This document shows, one piece after another, positions 17,396 through 38,381 of a DNA stretch of 64,000 nt. The stretch is from Felis catus. Lineage: Eukaryota. The notes below the pieces were generated by a model. The model saw only the letters and a program-made list of their open reading frames with translations, was not told the DNA's origin and made no database searches. Positions within the stretch are counted from its first letter, which is position 1. Every line of letters starts with the position of its first letter. Location of the stretch: contig NC_058368.1 in assembly GCF_018350175.1 (NCBI RefSeq), forward strand, positions 116,994,001-117,058,000. Reading direction: 5' to 3'. Position numbers and translations under genes: made by a program.

Positions 17396-17612
17396 ATTTT
17401 TTTTAATGTTTATTTATTTATTTTGAGAAAGAGAAACAGAGCACAGGCAGGGGAGGGGCAGAGAGAGAGAGGGAGAGGAAGAATCCTGAGAAGGCTCTAC
17501 ACTGTCAGTGCAGAGCCCTATGTGGGGACTGGATCCTGCAAACGGTGAGATCATGACCTGAGCTGAAATCAAGAGCTGGAGGCTTAACTGACTGAGTCAC
17601 CCAGGTGCCCCC
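17396..17612 (-). mobile_element. Can-SINE
   Basis: TSD-like acatgtaaattttt / acatgtatattttt. Confidence 0.88.
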
Positions 17613-18146
17613 ACATGTATATTTTTAAAATATGTGAGAAAAGGTAATGACATTACTAACTATAGTTAACTAAATTCAAAAGTATTTACAAGAGTAAAGG
17701 AGATAATATATTTGAAATTCTCAAGAAATGGCCTAAATAAAATATTATTTCTTCAATTCAGGACATCTTTCTTCCCAACCTCCCTTCAGTTCAAGACATT
17801 TTAAGAGTCTTCTTGTCAGCATTCAAAACAGCACTAATTAAATGCCCTGTATAGACTTTGTTTGGATCGTGATTCAAACAAACCAACAGTAAAAAACATT
17901 TTGGAGAAAAATGAGGAATACCAAACACAGACTGAGTATAAAGTATATCAAGGAATTATTGCTAAATTTGCTGGTTTTAATAGTGGTATCGTATTTATAT
18001 TTTAAAAACTTTATCTATTAGAGATGCTTGCTGAAGTATTTAGAGGTAAAGATATATGATGTCTGGGATTTGCTTTAAAATACTCCAGAGGTATTCATGA
18101 ATTATTCGTTGAAAGAAAACAAAAATTTTTTTTAAAAATCATGGAA

Positions 18147-18170
18147 ACACATGGTGGCGCTGTAGGATAA
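18147..18170 (+). promoter_or_regulatory. Pcdh CSE (CTCF site)
   Basis: acacatggtggCGCTgtaggataa; CGCT lies 239 bp upstream of ATG 18397. Confidence 0.92.
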
Positions 18171-18363
18171 GATGAAATCAGTGCATGGACAACACTGTGG
18201 GCTCCATTATTCAGGGAACAGAGAACATCCAAGCCACTGAGAAGAGAGGGAGTAAAGGATCTTCATCTACTAAAGCTGCTGGAGAACTATATACTCTCCG
18301 AGGGGGGCGGGATCTTATTTTTTAAAGTTCAGCTTCAGCTTCCAAAATTAGGGCTGAACTTAA

Positions 18364-20793
<2,430 letters not shown>

Positions 20794-22261
20794 AATTACT
20801 TTAAACTTTGAATCTTTTGTTATTCTTGACAATCTGTGGATACTTTTTGCCAGTCTATAATGAATATTAGGCTGTACTATAGTTGCATGCACTATCACTT
20901 CTTGCGCTCTCCTTATAGTTGCTTTGAAAATCTTTATTAGTGGTCATAATGAAATGGAAATATAATCTGTGTTTTCTGTTTTTTTACACTTATTTGGTCA
21001 TAAATGTTATATTAACAGAGTTATTAGTAATTTTTTGTTTTGATAATGGTGTTATTTTGCGAGATAATGTTACTAATTATTTGGAGGTACAAACTGATGT
21101 ATTAAGAGTGAATGCCCCTATATATGTGATTGACTACTAGACATTACATTAAATCATAAAGAAAAAATAAAAAGTGCTGTTGGATCTGGGTGGAAGCATA
21201 TTGGATTTTATTGCACTATTCACTTTGCAAAGTTTCATCATAAAGTTTAAAAAATGATACTCCTCCATATTCAGTACCTAGGGTACCTTATTTGCTTGCT
21301 TTTTGTAGTGTTTTTCAAGAATTCACTTTATGACAAAATAAAAGTGACCACATTGAAAATTATTGATTTCTTAAGTAAGTTTCCTTTGTTGTTCTTGTTA
21401 AGCTGTTGTGGGGAAGGAGCCTTATAATGCTGTGGGCCTTGATGTCACTGTTTTGTTTTCTTAAATACCATGTTTGCTAGTTTAAATTTATTTTTTATAG
21501 TTTATGATTTAACTAGAATGTAGGTCATGGTATCATCCTGGGTATGATAATAACTCTCCTTCAGAAGAGTACAGATAGAAACTTCTTAAGAAATTGAAAT
21601 GAATATTCAAACTGTTAAAGAAATGAATGAGGTTGGCTTTTCTATTGATTTGTAAGAGTAAATATAAAAAATCTTTAATACTTTGTGGTCTCTCTCAGAT
21701 ATCCACAAAGAAGGAATGCGTCTGTATTTATGGTTTATAGATATCTCATGGTATTACAGATTATGTCTCTAATATAGAGTAGACAGTTTAATGGAAGATT
21801 ATAGGTAGAGATTTTCATAGCTATAATGCAATGTGGATATAGAGCTAGTGTACCTTACATTTTTGTAATTTCTCTCTTAAAATTAGATATTATAGACTAG
21901 ATGGTCTAATAAAATGGAATTTGACATTGTGAAATGGGTGAAACAAATACCAATTTCCTTAGGAATTTTTTTCTTTCCTTCATTAAATTTTTACTTATTT
22001 TGTGTTGTAATAGGTATTTACTAGTTGTGAGAATTTCATATAAATAGATATTTAAACAGTAAAATCTTGAAAAACAATGTTTGGGCCCTCTTAATCCCTC
22101 AGACTCATAAGAAGTAAATCTTATGCTTCTTACACACTAATAAGAATAGATAAGAACAGAATAACCTATTTGAATAATGTGGGAACAAATTTGTAGACTA
22201 CCAGATAGAGTAGAAGAGAATAGAATCCAGGGTCAGATCCTTTTATATGAGAACTTGGTCT

Positions 22262-23205
22262 CTTTTTTTTAATTCCAAGATTTTTTTATTTAAATTCAAG
22301 TTAGTTAACATATACTGTAGTATTGGTTTCAGGAGTAGAATTTAGTGATTCATCACTTACATGTTGTTACCCAGTACTCATCCCAACAAGTGGCCTCCTT
22401 AATGCCCATTGCCCATTTAACCCTTATCCTCACCTACCTCCCCTCCATCAACCTTCATCAGTTTGTTCTCTATATTTAAGAGTCTTTTATGGTTTGCCTC
22501 CCTCTCTGTTTTTATCTTATTTTATTTTTCCTTCCCTTCCCCTATGTTCATCAGTTTTTGTTTCTTAAATTCCACATGTGAGTGAAATCATAGTATTTGT
22601 CTTTCTGTGACTGACTTATTTTGCTTAGCATAATACACTCTAGCTCCATCCACATCTTTGCAAATGGCAAGATTTTATTCTTTTGATAGTTGTGTAATAT
22701 TGCACATCTTCTTTATCCATTCATAAGTCAATGGACATTTGGGCTCTTTCCATAATTTGGCTATTGTTCATAGTGCTGCTATAAACATTGGGGTTTATGT
22801 GCTCCTTTGGATCAGTAGTTTTGTATCCTTTGGATAAATATCTAGCAGTGCAATTGCTGAGTTATAGGGTAGTTCTATCTTTAATTTTCTGAGGAACCCT
22901 CACACTATTTTCCAGAGTAGCTGTACCAGGTCATGTTCCCACCAACATTGTAAGAGGGTTCCCTTTTCTCTCCATCCTTGCCAACTTCTATTGTTTCCTG
23001 AGTTGTTAATTTTAGCCATTCTGACAGATGGGAGGTAGTATCTCATTGCAGTTTTGACTTGTTTTTCCCTGATGATGAGTCATGTTGACCATCTTTTCAT
23101 GTGTCTTAGCTATTTGTATGTCTTATTTGGAGAAATGTCTGTTCATGTCTTCTGCCAATTCTTAACTGGATTATTTATTTTTGGCCATGTTGAGTTTGAT
23201 TAAGA
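22262..23205 (-). mobile_element. L1 (carnivore-type) 3' fragment
   Basis: Poly-T, 3'UTR and ORF2 C-terminal sequence homologous to the other L1 copies in the window. Confidence 0.88.
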
Positions 23206-24134
23206 GAAATTGGTTGTAATAGGGGAGGTGTTAAAATCACTAGGAGGTAGGAGCAAGTCATATTACTTAGAAAATGTTATTGGGAAAATTGGGTCACTAT
23301 ATAAAAAAAATCCTGATCTCATGCCATATAAGAATAAACTTTATATGGATCTAAGAGGTGAATTTAAAGTATTTTAATTGAGGAAATGTAATAAATCTAT
23401 GTAAAAATATATTTATGACCATACTATTAGTTTGAATTTCTTAAACAAGGCTTTAAAAGTACAAAATAAAGATGAAAGTTGACAAATATTTCTATCTCAG
23501 AACTAGAGGACAGCATAGGCAAGATAAAAGACAGGTAGAAGCTACTTGCAGCAGTTTACCTGAGAAGGATTAATATTCAGATTATTCAAATAATTGTTGC
23601 AGATAAGCAAAAATCAAAAAGTCGAGAGACAATAAGATTTTTTAAAGGATAAAGGGAAAAGAAATTTTAAAAAGGGAAACCTAAGTCTGAAAAGAATTTG
23701 AAATGATGCTTGACCTCAATAGTTGGTGAAAAAACATACTACAATAAGACACTAGTTTACACCCATTGCATGCGTAAAAATGAGAAATTTGCATAATATC
23801 AAGTGGAACAACAGGAAATCACATGTACAGCCCACTTTGAGAGATTTTCATAGTACTTAATGAAATTTAGAATGAATGTACCCTCTGATTCAGGAATTCT
23901 ACTTAGGGTAAATAAGACAGAAAATTCTTTCATTTTTAATTGAAATATAGTTGACACACAATGTTATAAGTTTAAGAGGTATAAGCCAGAAAATTTCTTT
24001 CATGGCTTCACAAATGATACATATAAGATTGTTCATCTTGGGAATCAATCCCAAGAATAGGAGTCAATCCTACATATCCATCAGTGAAACAACTGATAAA
24101 TGAAATGTGGAAAAGGTTTCTGAAGGATATTTTA

Positions 24135-24586
24135 TTTTTTATTTTATTAGTTTTTTTAGTGTTTATTTTATTTTTGAGAGAGAGAGAGAGAGAGAGAGCG
24201 TGAGCGGGAGAGGGGCAGAGAGAGAGGGAAACACAGAATCTGAAACAGGCTTCCAGGCTCTGAGTTGTCAGCACAGAGCCTGATGCAGGGCTCGAACCCA
24301 CGAACTGCGAGATCATGACCTGAGCTGAAGTTGGACGCTTAACCGAATGAGCCACCCAGGCACCCCTAAATGCCAAATACTTTAAAGTTTATTTTTATTT
24401 ATTTGTTTTGAGAGAAACAGAGGCAGCATGAGTCAGGGAGGGGCAGAGAGAGAATCCCAAGCAGGTTCTGAGTTGCCAATGCAGGCCTTGACGTGGGGCT
24501 TATCTCATGAACCATGAGATCATGACCTGTGCCAAAATCAAGAGTCAGACACTTAACTGACTGAGCCACCGAGGCACCCCCCCCCC
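24135..24586 (-). mobile_element. Two tandem Can-SINEs (24135-24366, 24390-24586)
   Basis: Each has (GA)n and ends gagccacc.aggcacccc. Confidence 0.9.
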
Positions 24587-25904
24587 AGATATTTTGAAAG
24601 GAAGAAAGATACTGAAATTTATGGCACAGCGCCATACGTATCTATGTAATACATAATATCTTATATATTTATAAATATATAAATAAGCATATTGGAGGGA
24701 GAGAAATAAGGAAGAAATGCAGGAAAGAAGATGTGTTTAAAGCAGAATAAGGGACACAGAAGTGGGAGATATACCAATGTCAATGACAGAGATTGTGTCT
24801 TCCAAGAGATTGTTTTAATTGATTGCAGCATTATAGAGTTGATTTAGTATTGATTAGTTGAAGTTGGTAAAAAATGCATATTATTTCTCTATCTTCCTGA
24901 GGTCAATTGCCCATACTCTAGGAAGCTAAGAGTTGTAACTTTGAGACATAATAATATCCTTGAGACTTATTTTTCATAAGGATGGTATAGATTATGTAGA
25001 CCAATGCTTCCACTGAAAAAAATTAGCTAATAAGACACTAATATATTATCAGGTCACAATTAATGTCTAAGGGTAATCCAAGGAGATAAATGAACCTAAA
25101 AACTACCTTTTCCCTGGAATCTATAGAATCCTGGAAAGTGTTTATATAATAAGGGAGGTTTATATAATAAGGTTTATATTTTGATGGTTTATATAATAAG
25201 GGAGGAAATCAAAGCATAACAAAGTGAGAAGTTTATAGAAGAGCTCTGCATTAATAAAAATGGATCCCTAAGAGATATACCTTTGAGATGAAAGTAAACT
25301 GGAAATGGGCAAGTCCTTGTGTGGAAATTCAGCTCTGAACTTGTTAGTGGTTGTTGACAAGTAGTGCTTCCAGATCCTGATGGAACCAAAAGCAGACCTT
25401 CTATGTAAGAAAGCTCATCCTAAGGCTAAAAACATTCATATAAATAAGTTTTCCATTCTTAACTTGAACAAAGATACCTGCATACACAAGGAAACATGAC
25501 ACCATGAGTGAGAGCCAGCAGAAAAAAAACAGAACACAGAAGTATACCTCAAACATTTTGATTAGCAGACATAATCTAATAATATACTGAACACTTAAAG
25601 GTTATACTTGAAGATGTATAGGGAATAAGAAATGTGACAGATTATTAAAGAACCAAATAGAAATCCTATATCTGAAATATATAACCAAAATTTAAATTCA
25701 ATCAAAACTCAATAAAAGGTTTATTAGGAAAGTAGATATTACCAGATGAATAATTTGAGAAGTGAAAGATAGGTCAGAATATAATTTATCTAGCATATAG
25801 CTCAGAGAGTTCAGAAGATGAAAAATATGGAGGATATGGTTAGAAACATAGGACAGCTAAAAAGGTTTAAGATAGGATCAGAAGCAATATTTGAAAAATA
25901 TTGT

Positions 25905-25996
25905 AGGGATGTCTGGCTGGTTCATTGGTGGAGCACATGACTCTTAATCTTAGGGTTGTGAATTCAAGCCCCACGTTGGGTGTGGAGCCCACGTAA
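25905..25996 (+). mobile_element. Short old Can-SINE
   Basis: gggatgtctggctggttca...ttcaagccccacgttggg. Confidence 0.7.
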
Positions 25997-26291
25997 AAAA
26001 TTTGTATATATATATGATATATTATATAGAGATTGCATAAATTAAAAAATATATAAAAATGAAAACGCATAGGGAAAAGACATGTAATCTTTAAATACAT
26101 GACAGTTAGACAGACAGCTATGTTCCATGTTGACAATCTCTAAACTGTGGCACTGAAAACTAAAAGTAAGATATCTTCAATATGCTGAAAGAGATTAGCA
26201 AATCTTCTGCCTTAACAGTCTTTGCACATAAGAGTCATTAAATGAGAGAATCAAATGAGAGAGATCAGTTTGGGTTTAAATTAAACAAGAT

Positions 26292-26518
26292 GGGGGGGGG
26301 CACCTGGGTGGCTCAGTCGGTTGGCCGAGGGACTACTGATTTCAGCTCAGGTCATGATATCCTGGCTTGTGGATTCAAGACCCACCCTCAAGCCCCTAGT
26401 TAGACTCTGGACTCCTCACACTGTCCTGGAGCCTGCCTGGGGTTCTATCTCTAACTCTTTCTCTGTCCCTCTCCTGCTTGAACTCTCTCTCTCTCTCAAA
26501 ATAAATAAACTAAAAAAT
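26292..26518 (+). mobile_element. Can-SINE
   Basis: TSD aattaaacaagat on both sides. Confidence 0.88.
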
Positions 26519-27144
26519 TAAACAAGATCATAGGAGAGAGGTGGCGTAAAGACATTTGATTTCTCAAATATAACTTCTTACAGTTTTCCTCTGTCCATTC
26601 CTTGCCACAATTTCAAGTCCAGGAGTCTGACCTCTCTTCTAGCCGTCTTCGCTTCTGGTGACATTCATTTCTAGTCTAGTCTTAGTCACCTAAGATCATG
26701 GTCACTTTCTGGAGATGGTAGTCTCTCAGAGCTACATCATCTCTGAAATCACAAAATCAAGCACACTCCTAATGTACAGCTTACATTCTTTAAGGGCTGC
26801 AATCACTACTTATACCAATAAACCCCGAATTAGCTTCTGCCCCTCAAACGTCTCTTCTCAACTTTATTTATATAATGTAAGATCATTTATAGAACTATTT
26901 ATATGGGATGCTCTATGGATAATTCAAACTCAACATGTTTTAAATTAAACTTTTTCCTTCCTCAAACCTAAACATTACCTCCAACTCTATACCTGTTCCT
27001 TTCTTCTCCTCTTCCTGTTTTTTTCTATCAGTTAATAGCACCGACATTCACTCCATTCCCTAAACCTGAAAAAAGGTACATTTACTTCACTTTTTATCAG
27101 ACCTCCTCCATGTTTAAATCTGTCATACATCCTGTAAAGTTATC

Positions 27145-27303
27145 ATTTTTTAAAATGCTTATTTTTGAGAGAGGGAGGGGGCAGACAGAGAGGGAGACAG
27201 AAGATCCGAAGCAGGCTCTGCACTGGGCTCAAACTCCGGAACCATGGGGTCATGACCTGAGCCGAAGTTGGATGCTTAACCGACTGAGCCATCCAGGTGT
27301 CCC
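27145..27303 (-). mobile_element. Can-SINE within L2-like sequence
   Basis: ...ccgactgagccatccaggtgtccc. Confidence 0.82.
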
Positions 27304-28541
27304 TTGTCATCTTTTTAATACAATCTTATTATTGCATTTCTAGTTGAGGTTAATATCATCTCCTTTTATATTTAAAAGCCTTTAAAACATTGCATTTCCA
27401 CTGATGTAGAGTCCAAATGCCTTGGCAGGGCTTACAAAATATTTGCTTATCTCTCCAGTCTCAGTTCTCGTTTCTTTCCTCTTGCTCTATGGCTCAGCCA
27501 TATTGATCCTATTTTAGTTATTCCAAAACAGTTCTGTCATCTCAGATTTGTACAAGTGTTTTTTGAAATTGTCTGGAAATTTTACTTAACCCCCAATTTT
27601 TTGTTCCAAGAAAGTGTTTCCTGTATTTCCAAATTCTGGTCAGATGACCCTTATCTATGTTGTTAACAATAGCATATGAACTTTTGCTATCATGGTATTC
27701 ATTATGTTCTATTTTTAAATGTGTAATCACTTTTCTGCCTCCATCTTTCAGGACAGGAACTATGTCTGTCTGCTTACCACTGTATCGCTAATACTCACTA
27801 CTATTCCTAGCACAAGTTATATGCTCAATAAATATTTGCTCGACAAAGTAATGAATGGATGAGTAAAATATTTATAATTATGCCTCTGGAAGGCCTGGGT
27901 CTACAAAATAGGTTTATTTTCCACAACTAAACTTGGATCTAGTTTGTTCAACTTTTTAATGTCAGAAACTCGACATATCTTACTTTATTAACTACTGTTG
28001 AGCATTTACTTTCTATTGCTGACAGGTAAGTCTCCTACAGAGTATCCCTAAGTAAATAGTACCATTTACCAAACCTGGAATGCCCAGCCTCCCCAAAGCA
28101 ACTATTTGCATATATCAGGTTCAGTTACAAATGCATGATCTTATTGTCGTTTCTAAGAGACTTTGCTGATAGCTAAAGAAGACTGAAGCCTCTGGTTCCC
28201 CTTTCCTTTCCAATTTTCCTGGGAACATTCTGCTTACAAAATCAATTACATGAATCCACTTACCTATTTGTAGTTGTTTTATATATTGTCTTCAAAGAGA
28301 GATCATAACTTACTTGAATTGGGGGCTATATCTTACATATGATTTTTGTATTCACCCAGCTCTTAACAGATTGTGGTTTATTCTGTTAAAGACTGAATAG
28401 TAATAGCATCTCATATCACAAAGAATGCAACTCAGAAAATAAGAATATAGGAGAAAGTGTAATTTAAATTAATCAATACAGAAGATAAATTAATATTTTG
28501 TCTCACACTTACTTGACTGTTTAAAACCTGAGAATCTGCAG

Positions 28542-28565
28542 TCGCGTGGTGGCGCTGCAGGATAA
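28542..28565 (+). promoter_or_regulatory. Pcdh CSE (CTCF site)
   Basis: tcgcgtggtggCGCTgcaggataa; CGCT lies 261 bp upstream of ATG 28814. Confidence 0.92.
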
Positions 28566-28807
28566 GATGGGGACTTTTCTGTATCATCAAATGCTCTGGT
28601 CTCCATTAGTCAGTGGAACTGAGAGCACAGGAGAAGCAGGAAGGGGGAAAAGAGGATTTCAAGAGAAAGCTAAGGAACCAACAACACCTTCGTGGCAGGA
28701 TTACAAGTCCACAGATTATCAATGGTCCAGGCTGATAGATGAGAGGAGCAATTTAGGAGCTGTTTGCGACTGAGTTGAAACATTTCTGCAGAAAGACGTT
28801 TGGCTAA

Positions 28808-31201
<2,394 letters not shown>

Positions 31202-33729
31202 GGATTTGATTACTCTGCCAAACTTTTAGAGTGAGTGCTATTTCTTTGTAAAATATGTTCATTGTAATGTAAAATTCTTTGTTTTGGGTAACTTCATTTT
31301 ACTTAAGAGTTTCCAGAAGTTTTGATGAATTTTCTGCTATCTACTTTTTAAATAGTAACTGTGGAAAAACTAAGGGAGCTAGGATTTGCTTAGACTTTCT
31401 TCCAAAATGCAACCTCAAGTAATTTATTGAAATATACAGCATTTTCCCTTCAAGCTTAATGGTACACTGGGTTCAGTCATATTCTCTGGGTGTCTAAGCT
31501 GTAGATCCTCTCACTGAAACTGTTTTTATATGTTTGATAGAGGAAAGTGCATGATATAAATAAAAACCATGCATGGTTTCTGAGATGTTATCTTATTTAG
31601 ATTTTTTAAAAAACCATAATCAATTTTGCCAATCTTTCCAACCAAATATTTGAGTAATTTTTCTGCATTTAGGTATTTTTCTTTGTAAACACTTTGGAAC
31701 TGTATATATTGCTGGAAGATGTATTAAAATAAAATTTAATCTTGTTTGGATTAAGATACATATCCAGCCCACACTTCTTGTCTGAGAACTTTCTGGGACT
31801 TCCCAAGGCAGGTAATCACTGTTGAGATGTTTATTATACTTTTCTTTACCTCTCTTGGCCATTTTTGATTAGCCTAGTAGTAGACTCCTGATTAAAGTAG
31901 GCATAGTCACATTCTCCAAGCCTCCAAATTTCTACTTATGATGTAGTTCATTTATTTTTTTCTTGATTGCTTGTAACTAGGAAATAAATATTAAGTATGG
32001 GCTGAGGTAGCTATGTTATACTTGTGTAAGCTGGCAGCACAGAGTGGCATGTAGAGAGGCAAGAAAGAAAGGAGGACTGGAAGGAAAATGAGAAGGAATA
32101 AGGGAGTGGTGGAGGCAGAAGCCTAAGAAACAGAAGAGACTAAGAGCCATTTGATTCTAGGCATGTTAGTTCCTGATTCCAGTGTTCCTAAGTCCCTAAT
32201 GTCTAATTGTCCTTCACATTTGCAGTGAAACTCCAGTGCCCTAATAATAAAACTCCTTTATTTAACGCATCTTGGGGAGAAGGCATTTGTTGAAACCAAA
32301 CTCTTTTGGAATTATACATGCAATTTTGAGTATTCAATTAGACTACCATAAACTCTGGTCTTTTACTGCAGGTTTTTAATATTAACTTAATCAATGAATG
32401 GGATAAAAATGTACAAGCTTAGAGATAACTAATCTGTACTAGAGAGTTTTGTTACAAAACTTAATTTTGTAAATTTATAAGATCTTTCAACTTAAAGATG
32501 TTATAAAATGTTTTATGGAATATTTTGTTAACAGGTATCCCTCCTTTTTTTAAATGTGCTTCAGGATTAGTTTTAAAAAGTAACATTGAATTTGTTATTG
32601 TTTGGATATCTATACATCAAACCTTCCTTAGCATCTCTTTTAAAAATAACTAAGTTCAATGCGAACAGAATTATTTTATCATTTAATGTAAAATCTTCAG
32701 GATCTATAAATAATCCCATTTATAAATAATATGGGGTAATTCACGATTTCATTAGTAGTAATTTGATTGATGCTAGTCTATTACTAGAACTTTCATGAAA
32801 AAATTTCAAGCTTTCTACCAAGTATATGGGCTTAAAATGTTCTTCTCAGAAGAGAAAATAATGAGAAAATTTATCTGAGAGATGACAAATGGGAATGAAA
32901 AATTAATTTTGATCCATTAATTTACTGATACAGGTACCAGCATCTACCTATTAATATTTTTTAAAGTGCATGGACATTAAGGGCACATTTTATTGGACTT
33001 TTGATTCTATAATAAAGAGTTTGATGCATGACCAACATCTTTCTATGAGGAAAATTGTCAGATTTTAATTGTTACCAGCATGTTCTCACATTTTGGATTT
33101 ACATAATCAAATTTGTTTTGCTGTGTAAACATTATAAAATAGAATGTCAATTTGAGTGATTTGTACCTTAATAGAATTAAACTAATATGCAACACAGTTT
33201 TTACACTTGGCCCATGCTGTTTTCCCAGTTAGCCACGTATTATGTACCAGAGTACATGATAGTATCTATTTAAAAGTTATTAAAATTTTGGCTAAAGTTT
33301 GATGCAACTGGGGAGACACAGATCCCCTACCACAAGATGTTTTTCCCATTGCTAGGACTCTGAAGTCATGCTAGGGTGCCAGGATCCCAAGCTATTCAGA
33401 GACATTTGAGCTGCTTGCTAAAAATGAGTTGTGATCTTCCTTATTTGATATAAGTTTTACCTGCTCTTTCAGATGCATTCAACTTATTTTCTTCTGCACT
33501 TTATTTATTGGTTTAAGTTCAGCCCTTTATTTTTATGATCTTCACCATGTTATTTTTCAAGATCTCCGTGAATCTCTGCTTCAACATGTGTCTTGATTTT
33601 AGGAATAAATGTAGATATCTTCACAAATTGTTTTGGACAATGGAACAAATCAATACAGTATGCTCACATAGGTACAGACACGTTCTCCTTAGACAATATT
33701 TACACATAAGTCATCCATAACCCCTTCAA

Positions 33730-34146
33730 CTTTTTTTATGTTTATTTATTTTTGAAAGAAAGAGAATGGGGGGAGGAACAGAGTGATCTGGGGACAGAGG
33801 ATCCCAAGTGGCCCCATGCTGACAGTGGAGAGCCCAATGTGGGGCTGGAACTCACGGACCCTGAGATCATGACCTGAGCCAAAGTCCCAACACTTCACCT
33901 ATTGAGCTGCCCAGGCACTCCTAAACTTTCTTTTTTTTTAAATTTTATTTCTTAAATTTTAAGTTTATTTCTTTATTTTGAGAGAGAGAGCAAGTGCAGG
34001 TTAGCGACAGAGAGACAGAGAATCCCAAGCAGGCTCCACGCTGTCAGCATGCCTTATGCAGGGCTGGATCCCACCATCCCTGAGATCATGACCTGAGCAG
34101 AAATCAAGAGACTGATGCTTAACCCGCTGAACCACCCAGGTGCCCC
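33730..34146 (-). mobile_element. Two tandem Can-SINEs
   Basis: 33730-33921 and 33930-34146, each containing gagatcatgacctgagc. Confidence 0.87.
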
Positions 34147-34649
34147 ACCCCTTAAACTTTCTATTGAATTTGCATAGTAAACCAATTCTAGCTGGTCTAT
34201 CACTTAAGTTTATACTCCTGAAACATGTGAATGAATCTCTTCACCTACTGTAGTGGCAGTGAGTTTGTGTATATTCTTTGTTTAGGAATAGACTGATAGC
34301 AGGACCGTTTTCTACTTAATTTTTCCCCAGAGCACAGATTATACAATATAATAGACAAGTCCATGAGGTCAGAGAAGGTATTTGCATTTCCAACACTTAG
34401 TACAATATTTGACGTATAACATGAAATAAGTGTTTGTTGAACAAATACAGTTGGCTTTGTTCTTGCCAACATCCTTTCCTAAAGTGCCTGTCACCATTTC
34501 CACATTTATAACTTCACAGGAGAATACAAGTTACCATTTTATTTATAAACCATCCCATGTGTAATCTGTGGTATGTTTTTGTGTGTGCGTGTAAATAAAA
34601 TGAGTGTGATACGTTTTGTAGCATCGTCAGCAAACTAGGTTTAAGTACA

Positions 34650-34673
34650 ACACATGGTGGCGCTGTAAGCTAA
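34650..34673 (+). promoter_or_regulatory. Pcdh CSE (CTCF site)
   Basis: acacatggtggCGCTgtaagctaa; CGCT lies 170 bp upstream of ATG 34831. Confidence 0.9.
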
Positions 34674-34731
34674 GGCTGGGAATACCAGACAGGCGGATGG
34701 TTACTGTTCCTGCAGTCATACGCAGATCTAA

Positions 34732-37219
<2,488 letters not shown>

Positions 37220-38002
37220 AGGTTAGTTCTTTCTAAATATGATAGGTCTCCATTACTGCTTTGATCCATATAGAATGTCTTTCTTGGGTGTTTTGCTGAT
37301 TCCACATTTCTATTAAAGGGATTAGAAATATTCTTTAAGCATATCCTCATATTTACTCTTTTTTTAATTTCTATTTTGATGGAAACAAAGAAATTTCAAA
37401 CTTATTGCATTACTGAAAAATCATGAACATGTGGTTCAGTTTATCAACTTTTCATTATCGAGCACTGTTGATTTGAAGATGACTCCAGCTCCATCCTCTA
37501 TTTGGTTGTTATATGGAAGCTCTAAATTTTTGAGGTTGTGGTTACTTAGGAGGTATCATTCATTAACATAATGAAGCCTATGTTTAATCTGATATTAAGC
37601 TTACCTATCTTAAATTTTTAAATGGAAAAAAGTTCTGCAAAAAATACATATTTTTGTTTCACGGTAGTATTAAATAGAAAGGCTACAATTTCTCCCGTAT
37701 AGGGGCTTTTCTTCTATAACAACCTTCAATATATCATATATATGAGTATTATTAAAAGATTATTAGATTATTTCAAGATACTTAAATGATAGATCCTTTT
37801 TGTCTAGCCCACCCCATCATGTTCGGTAAACTTCTCTCTTCAGTTGACGTGTACTGTTGCAGCTACATTTATTTCACTCATTTCCCCTTGTGACTTCAGA
37901 CACTCAGACCAGATGGTAGATATTGCTAATCCAAGCTGAGCAAATCTGACTCTTTTGTTTAAAAAATGGCTTTAGAAATCAGATCCAAAATAGTTTTTCT
38001 GT

Positions 38003-38381
38003 TGGGCACCTGGGTGGCTCAGAGCCACTCATCAGTCTCTGTGCTGACAGCCTGGAGCCTGGATCCTGCTTCGGATTCTGTGTCTCCTCTCTCTGACCCT
38101 CCCCCACTCATGCTCTGTCTCTGTCTCTGTCTCTCTCTCTCAAGAATAAGTAAACACTAAAAAAAAGTTTTATTTATTTATTTTTGTTTATTTATTTTTG
38201 AGACAGAGAAAGAGCGTGAGCAGGGGAGGGGCAGAGAGAGAGGGAGGCACAGAAACTGAAGCAGGCTCCAGGCTCTGAGCTGTCAGCACAGAGCCCTATG
38301 CGGGGCTTCAACGCACAAGCTTTGAGATCAGGACCTGAGCTGAAGCCGGTCGCTTAACCGACTGAGCCACCCAGGCGCCCC
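38003..38381. mobile_element. Tail-to-tail SINE pair: + copy 38003-38167, - copy 38168-38381 inserted in its tail
   Basis: Outer TSD aaaat(a/g)gtttttctgtt; inner duplication ctaaaaaaa(a/t)gtttt. Confidence 0.87.

Noticed and set aside
24622-24642. Reverse-strand partial CSE-like motif (acgtatggcgctgt)
   Set aside because: Lacks the ggtgg spacing of the true CSE, lies among repeats and has no associated gene remnant.
25137-25206. Short gtttatataataagg triplication (and a similar ~28-bp duplication at 57665-57727)
   Set aside because: Ordinary slippage duplications in AT-rich decayed sequence.
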